64,000 nt of DNA from a virus: IMG/VR virus record IMGVR_UViG_3300031963_000016, positions 64,001-128,000 of that record. One strand, written 5' to 3'. Below are positions 48,118 to 56,761 of this stretch, in pieces. The first letter of the stretch is position 1. Each line of letters starts with the position of its first letter. The translations under genes were made by a program, and so were the position numbers. A model generated the notes under the pieces. It ran no database searches. It was not told the origin of the DNA and saw only the letters and a program-made list of their open reading frames with translations.

Positions 48118-49589
48118 TGGTTACAATTGAAAAGTTAGATGATGTTTATATTCGTATCTTTAGTGATCCTAGCATTGAGCAAGAGCTAGCTGATTTTTTT
48201 ACATATGAATATCCAGGAGCAAGATTTACACCACAATATCGTGCAAGATTGTGGGATGGTAAAGTTCGTTTATATGATCAAGTAAGAAAAACATTATACA
48301 TTGGTCTAATTCAATATGTTGAACAATTCTGTGAACGTAATGATTACTTACTTACATGGAAAACGGATTTTCAACCAAACAATAATATCACACACGAACA
48401 AATTGAAAAATATGTTCTTGATCTAGATCTTCCAAGTAAAATCGAAACTCGTGATTATCAGATTGATGCTATACAAAAAGCAATTAATGACGAACGAACA
48501 TTACTACTTTCTCCAACTGGTTCTGGTAAATCTTTTATTATTTACTCTGTAATGCGTTGGCATGTACAACAGGGTCGGAAATGTGTTCTTATCGTACCAA
48601 CAACTTCTCTAGTTGAGCAGATGTATTCTGATTTTGAAGATTATTCTTCTGTTAATACTTGGTCGGTTAAAAATCACTGTCAAAAATTATATGCTGGATT
48701 CCCAAAAGAATTCACTAAAGATGTTTTAATTACTACATGGCAATCTATCTACTTACAACCACGTGCTTGGTTTAAACAGTTTCAAGTTATTTTTGGAGAT
48801 GAAGCACATCAGTTTAAGGCTAAATCTTTAACTACTGTTATGGAAAAGATGGATAGCATTCGTTATCGAATTGGAACTACAGGCACACTTGATAATAAAA
48901 AAGTACATCGTTTAGTTTTAGAGGGTATTTTTGGTCCAGTGCACAAAGTGACAACAACGAAAACCCTGATGGACTCTGGAAGATTGTCTAACCTAAATAT
49001 AATGTGTATCATTCTCAAGTACACGGAAGAGATACGCAAGGAACGTAAGAACAATACATATCAAGAGGAAATCGACTGGATCGTTAGTTGCGAAAAACGT
49101 AATAAATTTATCCGCAACCTTGCAGTCAAATCATCAGGCAATACACTTGTTCTGTTCCAGTTTGTAGAGAAACACGGTAAAATTCTCTACGATATGATTA
49201 AAGAAAAGGCACATGATACCAGAAAAATTTTCTTTGTGTACGGAGGAACAGAAACTTCTGATCGTGAGTCAATTAGACATATCACAGAGGGAGAAGAAGA
49301 TGCTATCATCATTGCTTCTTTCGGGACATTCTCAACGGGTATCAATATACCTTCGATACAGAATGTTATTTTCGCAAGCCCTTCAAAAAGTAAAATCCGT
49401 AATTTACAAAGTATTGGGCGTGGATTAAGATTAAAAGATGGCAAAACACATTGCAATCTTTTTGATATTGCCGATGATTTACATTGGAAATCTTGGAAAA
49501 ATCATACATTAAATCATGCTGCCGAGCGTTACAAAATTTATGCAGAAGAAGAATTTAAAACAAAAATCGTAGAGGTGGATTTATGTTAG
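48117..49589 (+). CDS. uvsW: DNA helicase UvsW
   Basis: Start reassigned to ATG 48117. RDYQIDA, SPTGSGKS, GDEAH, GTTGTL, QSIGRGLR. Confidence 0.95.
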   Translation: MVTIEKLDDVYIRIFSDPSIEQELADFFTYEYPGARFTPQYRARLWDGKVRLYDQVRKTLYIGLIQYVEQFCERNDYLLTWKTDFQPNNNITHEQIEKYVLDLDLPSKIETRDYQIDAIQKAINDERTLLLSPTGSGKSFIIYSVMRWHVQQGRKCVLIVPTTSLVEQMYSDFEDYSSVNTWSVKNHCQKLYAGFPKEFTKDVLITTWQSIYLQPRAWFKQFQVIFGDEAHQFKAKSLTTVMEKMDSIRYRIGTTGTLDNKKVHRLVLEGIFGPVHKVTTTKTLMDSGRLSNLNIMCIILKYTEEIRKERKNNTYQEEIDWIVSCEKRNKFIRNLAVKSSGNTLVLFQFVEKHGKILYDMIKEKAHDTRKIFFVYGGTETSDRESIRHITEGEEDAIIIASFGTFSTGINIPSIQNVIFASPSKSKIRNLQSIGRGLRLKDGKTHCNLFDIADDLHWKSWKNHTLNHAAERYKIYAEEEFKTKIVEVDLC

Positions 49590-50056
49590 ATGGCTCAGAA
49601 TTTTTTGTAGTACTAAAACTCTGTTCAGGTGAACAACTAATGGCTGTCTTAAGACAAGAAGATGAAGATAGGATCTTGTTAGAAACACCTATGGTTATGC
49701 GAACAATACCAGTGTTACATACTGGTAAGGAGCATATTACTGCACATCCATTCTGTCAATTTTCTGATGATAAGATGTTTGTTATTCTTAAAAAAGATGT
49801 CATGTTTTGTAAAAAATTGCATCATCTTTTTATTCCCCATTATATGAGAATTGTAAAAGAACATGAGGAACAGACATCATTTTCTCCAAAACAAAATACA
49901 GAAGAACTTCTTTGGGACGATGAAGAAAACATTACACCAGAAGAAGCAAAAAAGAGAATAGAAATGCTTGCCTCTCTCGTTAACAGCGATGCAGAAGATG
50001 AGAAAAAAGAAGAGAGAAGACAAAACCTTGTGAAAGGTAATGACACAGTACATTAA
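49583..50056 (+). CDS. Hypothetical protein (uvsW.1-like position)
   Basis: VVLKLCSGEQLMA...ILLETPM, Sm-like appearance; ends DTVH. Confidence 0.7.
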   Translation: MLDGSEFFVVLKLCSGEQLMAVLRQEDEDRILLETPMVMRTIPVLHTGKEHITAHPFCQFSDDKMFVILKKDVMFCKKLHHLFIPHYMRIVKEHEEQTSFSPKQNTEELLWDDEENITPEEAKKRIEMLASLVNSDAEDEKKEERRQNLVKGNDTVH

Positions 50057-50133
50057 TCTCTTCAAACCCCAACACCCTGGATTATGCCCCAAGACAAATA
50101 AAAAGACAAATGTATTTTGTAATAAATTAATAT

Positions 50134-50162
50134 TTGTCTTTTTTATTATAATGATGTAGAAT
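50134..50162 (+). promoter_or_regulatory. Sigma70-type promoter for gp55 (TTGTCT-N17-TAGAAT)
   Basis: Direct motif match. Confidence 0.7.
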
Positions 50163-50197
50163 TATAACATGTTCAATTGTATGAGGAATTTTTATGT

Positions 50198-50746
50198 ATG
50201 GCTCATTATGTTAATAACGCTGACTTTCTGCAGGCACTAATAGAATATAGAAAAAAGTGTAAAGATGCAGAATCAGAAGGTAATTCAAAACCCATTGTCA
50301 GCAACTATATCGGTGAATGTATTCTTAAGATTGCAACTCATCTTTCTTACAAACCAAATTTTATAAACTATTCTTATCGAGATGATATGATTCTCGATGG
50401 AGTGGAAAATTGCATTCAATACATAGATAATTTCGATCCAAGTAAGTCTAATAATCCTTTTTCTTATTTCACACAGATTATCTACTATGCATTCTTAAGA
50501 AGAATTGCTAAAGAAAAGAAACAATCTTATATCAAAGGCAAGTTAATACAAGATATGCCATTTGATTCTTTTGAATTACAAGATAGCGATGACGACAATG
50601 AGTTTCGTAACGCATACTTAGATTTTATGCAACAGAATCATACATTTGATGATACATTTATGGAACGTAAAAAAGCCAAACGTAAAAAGAAACAAGTTGA
50701 TTTAGATGATTTTTTAGGTGATAATAATGGCGAACTCGATAACTGA
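50198..50746 (+). CDS. gp55: Late-transcription sigma factor gp55
   Basis: Start reassigned to ATG 50198. HYVNNADFL, YIGECILKIATHLSYKPNFINY, NPFSYFTQIIYYAFLRRIAKEKKQ. Confidence 0.97.
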   Translation: MAHYVNNADFLQALIEYRKKCKDAESEGNSKPIVSNYIGECILKIATHLSYKPNFINYSYRDDMILDGVENCIQYIDNFDPSKSNNPFSYFTQIIYYAFLRRIAKEKKQSYIKGKLIQDMPFDSFELQDSDDDNEFRNAYLDFMQQNHTFDDTFMERKKAKRKKKQVDLDDFLGDNNGELDN

Positions 50747-51917
50747 TCTTATTAATAGATTGGGCATTTCTGAAGATGATGTTTCATATAAAAAAGCAAG
50801 ACGCAAAGCAAGAGCATTAAGGATAAGAAGAGATAAAAGATTTATTAAACGCTGGACTTGGCAAATTGAAGATGGATTTCCAGCAGAACAATTGTTAAAA
50901 GGTAATGAGATGAGTGATAAGATATTTCTTGGTGTGAGTGATTTTGATGATTTAATTTCATCAGAGGTGCTTCGCCGTAGAACTGAAAATGGATTGACAA
51001 CTGTACAACGTGAGACTACTGTTCTTTGTAATCGTGAGACATGGAAGCACTGGGCTGAAGATTATTTCCAGGATTACCTTTACACACAAACATCTTCTTC
51101 TGCTGGATTCGTTATCCAAGAAGAATCTATGCAACTAATTAAATTTGATGTTAATAGCAACTCAACAACTGTTCGTTGTTTTGGTGATGTTGAATGGGCT
51201 GAATCTGTTATTGATTCTATTGAAAGTAAATTTTCAGTGGTGACATCTTATATCGAATGGATTTATGGTGGTGATGGTAATTCCGTCAATGTTCCATTAA
51301 ATCGTGATCGTCTTCCTGTTGAAGAAATGTATCCATTCCTTAAAGGCGAATCTCTTAACGATTATTACGATCGTTACATGGAATCTTCTGCCAACATTCT
51401 CCTTCTAATTGGACCTCCAGGAACTGGTAAGACTACATTTATTCGTGGTTTGTTGGCACATCGTTCATGTTCTGCAATCGTAACATACGATGCAGGTATT
51501 CTTGAGAAAGATGGTTTCTTCGCTCGCTTTATTGAAGACGATGCAGAAGTTATGGTACTTGAAGATAGCGATGCATTTTTGAAATCTCGTACTGATGGCA
51601 ATACAATGATGCATCGTTTCCTTAATGTGGGTGATGGTCTTGTGACAACTAAAGGTAAGAAGATGATTTTCTCTACTAATCTTCCAAGTATTCGTGACAT
51701 TGACTCTGCTCTTATTCGTCCAGGAAGATGCTTTGATATTGTTGAATTTAAACCATTGTCTATTAACGACGCTAATAAATTAGCAAACAAACTTAACACT
51801 ACTATTCCTGAGAAGAAGGCAGGTGAGGTTGTTGAATATTCTATTGCTGAGATCTTCAATCAGCAAAGTGAACACGCACATACTGCCAAAACAAATAGAA
51901 AGGTAGGATTTATTTGA
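50727..51917 (+). CDS. AAA+ ATPase with basic N-terminal extension
   Basis: GPPGTGKT, VMVLEDSD, FSTNL, DSALIRPGRCFD; ends RKVGFI. Confidence 0.9.
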   Translation: MANSITDLINRLGISEDDVSYKKARRKARALRIRRDKRFIKRWTWQIEDGFPAEQLLKGNEMSDKIFLGVSDFDDLISSEVLRRRTENGLTTVQRETTVLCNRETWKHWAEDYFQDYLYTQTSSSAGFVIQEESMQLIKFDVNSNSTTVRCFGDVEWAESVIDSIESKFSVVTSYIEWIYGGDGNSVNVPLNRDRLPVEEMYPFLKGESLNDYYDRYMESSANILLLIGPPGTGKTTFIRGLLAHRSCSAIVTYDAGILEKDGFFARFIEDDAEVMVLEDSDAFLKSRTDGNTMMHRFLNVGDGLVTTKGKKMIFSTNLPSIRDIDSALIRPGRCFDIVEFKPLSINDANKLANKLNTTIPEKKAGEVVEYSIAEIFNQQSEHAHTAKTNRKVGFI

Positions 51918-52969
51918 AAATAGCAATCATAACTGATCAACACTTTGGTGCACGAAATGATAGTATTGCATTTCTAGATTTCTTTCAAAAATTCTATGAT
52001 AATACTTTCTTTCCTACACTTGATCATCACAGTATTGACACTGTTCTTATTCTTGGCGATACTTTTGATCGTAGGAAATATGTTAATTTCTATGCGCTCC
52101 AACGATCAAAAGAAATGTTCTTCAACAAACTTTCTGATCGAGGCATTTCTGTTTATATGCTTGCTGGTAATCATGACACTTACTATAAGAATACTAATGA
52201 TGTAAATTCACCAGACCTTCTGTTAAGAGAATATAAAAACATTAAGGTTATAGACAAACCCACAACCATTGATGTTGGTGGGTTTAACATTTGTATGATG
52301 CCTTGGATCTGTCCAGAAAATTATCAAGCATCATTGGATGAATTAGAAACTACAACTGCCGAAATTTGCATGGGACATTTCGAGATCGCAGGATTTGCCA
52401 TGTATAGAGGAATGCAATCTAATGAAGGACTTTCTAAAGAAATATTTGATAAGTTTGATTTGGTTTTTTCTGGTCATTATCATCATAAGTCAGACGATAG
52501 TCATATTTACTATCTCGGCAATCCCTATGAACTTACTTGGCAAGATTACAAAGACCCTCGAGGATTCCACTTGTTTGATCTCAACAGTCGAGAACTCGGA
52601 TTCATTAGAAATCCGTATACTATGTTTGAAAGAGTCGAATACAACGACAAAGAGCAAGAACCCATCGACCTCGACACAATCGATTTAAATCAAAAATTTG
52701 TAAAACTTGTAGTCGTCAATAAAACTGATTTTTATAAGTTTGATAAATTTATACAAAAGTTGTATAATAAAGGCTCATATGAAATCAAAATTATTGAAGA
52801 TCTATCAGAGTTTGAAGATGGTGAGGTCGGTGAAGAGATTAACCTTGAAGATACGTTATCTGTGCTTGCTCATTACATTGACTCGATTGAAACGGATATT
52901 GATAAAGAACAAGTTAAAACATTCATGCGAACACTCTACACAGAAGCAGTAAATGTTGAGGTTGTTTAA
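51914..52969 (+). CDS. gp47: Recombination nuclease gp47 (Mre11/SbcD-like)
   Basis: IITDQHFGARND, LGDTFDRRK, GNHD, SGHYH, YLGNPYE. Confidence 0.97.
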   Translation: MKIAIITDQHFGARNDSIAFLDFFQKFYDNTFFPTLDHHSIDTVLILGDTFDRRKYVNFYALQRSKEMFFNKLSDRGISVYMLAGNHDTYYKNTNDVNSPDLLLREYKNIKVIDKPTTIDVGGFNICMMPWICPENYQASLDELETTTAEICMGHFEIAGFAMYRGMQSNEGLSKEIFDKFDLVFSGHYHHKSDDSHIYYLGNPYELTWQDYKDPRGFHLFDLNSRELGFIRNPYTMFERVEYNDKEQEPIDLDTIDLNQKFVKLVVVNKTDFYKFDKFIQKLYNKGSYEIKIIEDLSEFEDGEVGEEINLEDTLSVLAHYIDSIETDIDKEQVKTFMRTLYTEAVNVEVV

Positions 52970-53583
52970 TGATAGATCAAACTACATACACTGTTTACGA
53001 AAGTGCAGTTAGAGATTATATTGATAAACATTGTATAGTTAGAAAAAATATGCCAGGAAAATATCCTGGACAAAAATACACTTGGATGTTTTATCTAAGA
53101 AATGGATTGTTTAATCCAGTGTTTCTACATTATGTTAGTGAAATGATGTTATATAAATTGCATCAAGAATTAAAAACTTTCCACTTTCAGATTTGTGGAG
53201 CTGAGACAGCAGGAACACCACTTGCTGCCTCAATACCTTTAATAGCATATTCTCATAAAATAGAAATGTCTGGATTTGTTGTCAGAAAAGATCAGAAAAC
53301 TTATGGTCTAAAAAATTGGCATGAAGGTATGGCATTTAAAGATGTTCCGTATGTATTAGTAGATGATCTCTGTAATTCTTCAAAATCTTTAAAACATTCT
53401 GATACTGTTTGCAAAGCACTTGGTTTGACACCAACAAACATTGCTATTGTTGTAGTTAATAAAGTAAATAAAAATGTTCATGAAGAAAAACGTGCTAAAA
53501 CAGATATGTATCTACCAAAGGAATATAAGGTTATTTCTTTATTCGACTTAGATTCTTTTAATCTATCTAACCCATCGCATTAA
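52969..53583 (+). CDS. Type I phosphoribosyltransferase-fold protein (PyrE-like, divergent)
   Basis: GAETAGTPLA, VRKDQKTYG flexible loop, YVLVDDLCNSSKS PRPP-loop-like motif. Confidence 0.75.
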   Translation: MIDQTTYTVYESAVRDYIDKHCIVRKNMPGKYPGQKYTWMFYLRNGLFNPVFLHYVSEMMLYKLHQELKTFHFQICGAETAGTPLAASIPLIAYSHKIEMSGFVVRKDQKTYGLKNWHEGMAFKDVPYVLVDDLCNSSKSLKHSDTVCKALGLTPTNIAIVVVNKVNKNVHEEKRAKTDMYLPKEYKVISLFDLDSFNLSNPSH

Positions 53584-53601
53584 TGTGAAATGGAAGGCTA
53601 A

Positions 53602-54114
53602 ATGAATAATTATGAAAAACACGCTCGTGAAGAATTCCGAGCAGCAGGTTGGGTAAACGAAAACGGAGAATTCACTGATGAGATGCAGGGGATGATTTGT
53701 GAACATGTTCTGAAATTGTTGGAAGTTTTTGAAGGTGAGGGGCACTCTGGCTCTTCTGCACCATATGCTATTAATCTATTCTCAAGACTAGCGAAGTTTG
53801 AACCGATCGCTCCATTAACTGGTGAAGACTGGGAGTGGAGCGATACTGGGCATGATGTTTATCAGAACAAGCGAGCATCCCATGTATTCAAGGATAAAGC
53901 CACTGGTGAATGCTACGACATCGATGGTAAAGTGTTTTGGGAGTGGGCTAAGTCCTATGATACAGGTGAACCATTCAAGTCATACTATACCTGTAGAGAA
54001 TCACGAGTACCAGTGACTTTCCCATACACTGTACCGAAAGAACCAGAGTATGTATATCGCTACTCTGATGCCGAGCCACCAGCACCTCCACAAACTGAAG
54101 CTGGGTTTATTTAA
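53602..54114 (+). CDS. Hypothetical phage protein
   Basis: SD GGAAGG; GEGHSGSSA, PIAPLTGEDWEW, YQNKRASHVFK. Confidence 0.75.
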   Translation: MNNYEKHAREEFRAAGWVNENGEFTDEMQGMICEHVLKLLEVFEGEGHSGSSAPYAINLFSRLAKFEPIAPLTGEDWEWSDTGHDVYQNKRASHVFKDKATGECYDIDGKVFWEWAKSYDTGEPFKSYYTCRESRVPVTFPYTVPKEPEYVYRYSDAEPPAPPQTEAGFI

Positions 54115-54140
54115 TGATTGTATTTAATAACCCACAATAG
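54114..54140 (+). pseudogene. Probable orphaned original 5' end of gene 46 (MIVFNNPQ*)
   Basis: ATG coupled by TAATG to the upstream stop; MIVF matches the gp46 N-terminal pattern (cf. MITF at 54762). Confidence 0.6.
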
Positions 54141-54151
54141 AAAAATGAAAA

Positions 54152-54171
54152 CTCCTAAATAAAATTAGGAG
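54152..54171 (+). promoter_or_regulatory. SD-sequestering hairpin containing a late promoter (CCTAAATA, 54154-54161)
   Basis: CTCCTAA pairs with TTAGGAG; ATG at 54177. Confidence 0.75.
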
Positions 54172-54176
54172 GATTT

Positions 54177-54761
54177 ATGAAATTCCATAAACTAACAGAA
54201 GAACAACTTTTGATTTTAACTAATCCATCTAAGACTTTAGTAGAAATATCTAAAGTTCTTGGTATAGGAACTGCTACTGCCCAACGATGGAGATCCAAAC
54301 TTGGGGTCACTGTTCCAAAAGGCAGCAAGAAAGGGAAAGAAAGACCATGGCAGGTTAAACAAGAAGAACGAAGTTGCTTGTATTGTGGAGCATCTTTTAT
54401 GGTCACTCCATCTGACACTAAAAGATATTGTTCTCAGAGTTGCGGTAGTAAGAACATTGATAAATCTTATATGCAAACTGAAGAATATAGAAATACCTTG
54501 AAAAAGGAAAGCACTCCAGAATATCGTAGATACTCAAATAGAGTGCATGTTTTAACTAGAAAAATATACGAAGAGCATCACACAGAGATTAACCCAAACA
54601 ATTATCCAAGAGGGTTAGCTGGTCAAGCTGGAATCTACCACTTAGATCATATTGTCTCTATTCGATATGGATTTGATAATAACATTCCACCAGAAGAAAT
54701 TGCTGTTAAAGAAAATCTTCAGATGTTACCGTGGAAAGAAAACATTAGTAAAGGTAAGTGA
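54177..54761 (+). mobile_element. Free-standing HNH homing endonuclease gene
   Basis: N-terminal HTH, CLYC...YCSQSC zinc finger, C-terminal YHLDHIVS...NLQMLPWKENISKG HNH-type core. Confidence 0.85.
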
Positions 54762-56480
54762 ATGATAACCTTCCGCTCAATCGCTTGGCAGAATTTCCTA
54801 TCAACTGGCAACTCACCGAATAAAGTTCTATTAAACAAATCACCCACAACTCTTATTATTGGTAAGAATGGTGAAGGTAAAAGCACAATTTTAGATGCAT
54901 TGTGCTTCTCATTGTTTGGAAAACCATTTCGTAACATTAATAAAAATCAGCTGATTAATAGTATCAATGGTAAGAAATGTATTGTTGAGATTGAATTTTC
55001 TATTGGTGCAAAAGATTATAAAATTGTTCGTGGCATCAAACCAAATATCTTTGAGATTTGGCAAAATGGCGAACTATTAAATCAAGATGCAGCATCAAGA
55101 GATTATCAAAAGATTTTAGAACAGCAGATCCTTAAACTTAACTATAAGACATTCACACAGGTAGTAATTCTTGGTAGTGCATCGTTTGTTCCATTTATGC
55201 AATTACCTCCAAGCCAACGCAGAGAAGTGATCGAAGATATTCTTGATATTCGCATATTTTCTACAATGAACCAGTTATTAAAGGAAAAGGCACAAGAAAC
55301 TAAGGATGAAATTATTAGAGTTGAGTCTGACATCAAAAGTGCAAAGGATAAAGTCGAAGCGCAACAAGTTCTCATTAAAACTCTCTCCAATGCAAAGGAT
55401 GAGAGCATTAAAGCAGTCCAAGCGAAGATTGATGCTAACAATGCTCAAATTTCTACTACGGAGAGCGAGATCATCACCATCGTGGAAGAGATCAATACTC
55501 TTAAAGCAAGCATCACAGGTAAGGAAAGATTATCTGAAGATATTGAGAAAGCCAAACAGTTAAAAACCAAACTCAATGAAAAGGTAGAAACCTGTGAACA
55601 TGATGCAGAGTTTTTCAACGAACACGATGTATGCCCATCATGTGCACAAGACATTCCTGAAGATCATAAGCAAAAGATTATTCATGACTTGCATAATAAG
55701 ATGCAAGAGAATAATAAAAAGATCACTGATTTGGAAGATGCCCTTACTAATCTGACAAACAAATTAACAGACATCAATAAGATCATTGATGAGATTACTA
55801 CAAAGAATATCGAACTCTCTACAAAGAACTCAACTATCACTTTATTAAATAAACAAATTAAAGAGTTTGAAACTGAGATTGAAACAAATAAAGCAGACAC
55901 TACGAATCTTGATGAAGAAAAGGCAAAGTTAAAACAACTAGCCAAGGATGCTCTCGACAAGATTACTCTGAAGAATTCTCTACAAGAAACTCGAAATCTT
56001 GAAGAGGTTGCATCCATTCTTCTGAAAGATACTGGTATTAAAACTGCGATCATTCGTGAGTATCTACCTGTGATGAACAAACTTATCAATAAGTATCTAA
56101 ATGCGATGGATGCTTATATCCATTTTGAACTTGATGAAGCATTCAATGAAATTGTAAAATCTCGTCATCGTGATGATTTTACATACGCCAGTTTCTCTGA
56201 AGGCGAGAAGATGCGTATTGACCTTGCAATCCTTTTCACTTGGAGACAGATTGCAAAGATGAAGAACTCAGTCAATACAAACCTACTCATTCTTGACGAG
56301 ATCTTTGATTCTTCTCTGGATACTGCAGGAACAGATTACTTCCTCACATTGATGAACTCATTCGGTGAAAACTCCAACATCTTCGTTATTTCTCACAAAG
56401 GTGACCAGCTATTCGATAAGTTTAGGTCAGTGATTAAATTTGAAAAACGCAACGATTTTAGTGTAATTGTAAAAACGTAA
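54762..56480 (+). CDS. gp46: Recombination ATPase gp46 (Rad50/SbcC-like)
   Basis: NFLSTGN, GKNGEGKST, CPSC zinc hook, FSEGEKMRIDL, LILDEIFD, ISH. Confidence 0.97.
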   Translation: MITFRSIAWQNFLSTGNSPNKVLLNKSPTTLIIGKNGEGKSTILDALCFSLFGKPFRNINKNQLINSINGKKCIVEIEFSIGAKDYKIVRGIKPNIFEIWQNGELLNQDAASRDYQKILEQQILKLNYKTFTQVVILGSASFVPFMQLPPSQRREVIEDILDIRIFSTMNQLLKEKAQETKDEIIRVESDIKSAKDKVEAQQVLIKTLSNAKDESIKAVQAKIDANNAQISTTESEIITIVEEINTLKASITGKERLSEDIEKAKQLKTKLNEKVETCEHDAEFFNEHDVCPSCAQDIPEDHKQKIIHDLHNKMQENNKKITDLEDALTNLTNKLTDINKIIDEITTKNIELSTKNSTITLLNKQIKEFETEIETNKADTTNLDEEKAKLKQLAKDALDKITLKNSLQETRNLEEVASILLKDTGIKTAIIREYLPVMNKLINKYLNAMDAYIHFELDEAFNEIVKSRHRDDFTYASFSEGEKMRIDLAILFTWRQIAKMKNSVNTNLLILDEIFDSSLDTAGTDYFLTLMNSFGENSNIFVISHKGDQLFDKFRSVIKFEKRNDFSVIVKT

Positions 56481-56538
56481 GTATCTACTTACCTGCAAAC
56501 CCTTATCTACACAGGGTTTTAGTCCTCCAAAAAAGTGC

Positions 56539-56567
56539 TTGTCTTTTATTCATTTTTAGGGAATAAT
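56539..56567 (+). promoter_or_regulatory. Sigma70-type early promoter (TTGTCT-N17-AATAAT)
   Basis: Shares CTTGTCTTTTA with the promoters at 59013 and 60267. Confidence 0.7.
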
Positions 56568-56593
56568 TACGGTATAACTCATGGAGAAATGTG

Positions 56594-56758
56594 ATGGAAA
56601 GTATGTGGTCTGATTTTAGTGATTACTCCCTTGTGATGCTTGCACTAAGATATGGCATTGCAGATGAACTTGAATTTGATGGTCTTGGACTATTGAATCG
56701 TGAACACGTTGAGCGTGTTCTTACTGATGTTGAGCATGATATGGCATTTGGAGAATAA
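56594..56758 (+). CDS. Small acidic hypothetical protein (54 aa, not in the ORF track)
   Basis: SD GGAG at 56583; MESMWSDFSDYSLVMLALRYGIADELEF...AFGE*. Confidence 0.7.
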   Translation: MESMWSDFSDYSLVMLALRYGIADELEFDGLGLLNREHVERVLTDVEHDMAFGE

Positions 56759-56761
56759 ATA

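Noticed and set aside
54126-54133. AATAACCC half-site at the left edge of the HNH element
   Set aside because: It matches the early-promoter motif but has no GGG partner at 11 nt and no -35/-10, so it may be chance.
54126-54761. Group I intron interrupting gene 46
   Set aside because: Only about 50 nt lie before and none after the HNH ORF, too little for a catalytic core. gp46 also has its own downstream ATG.
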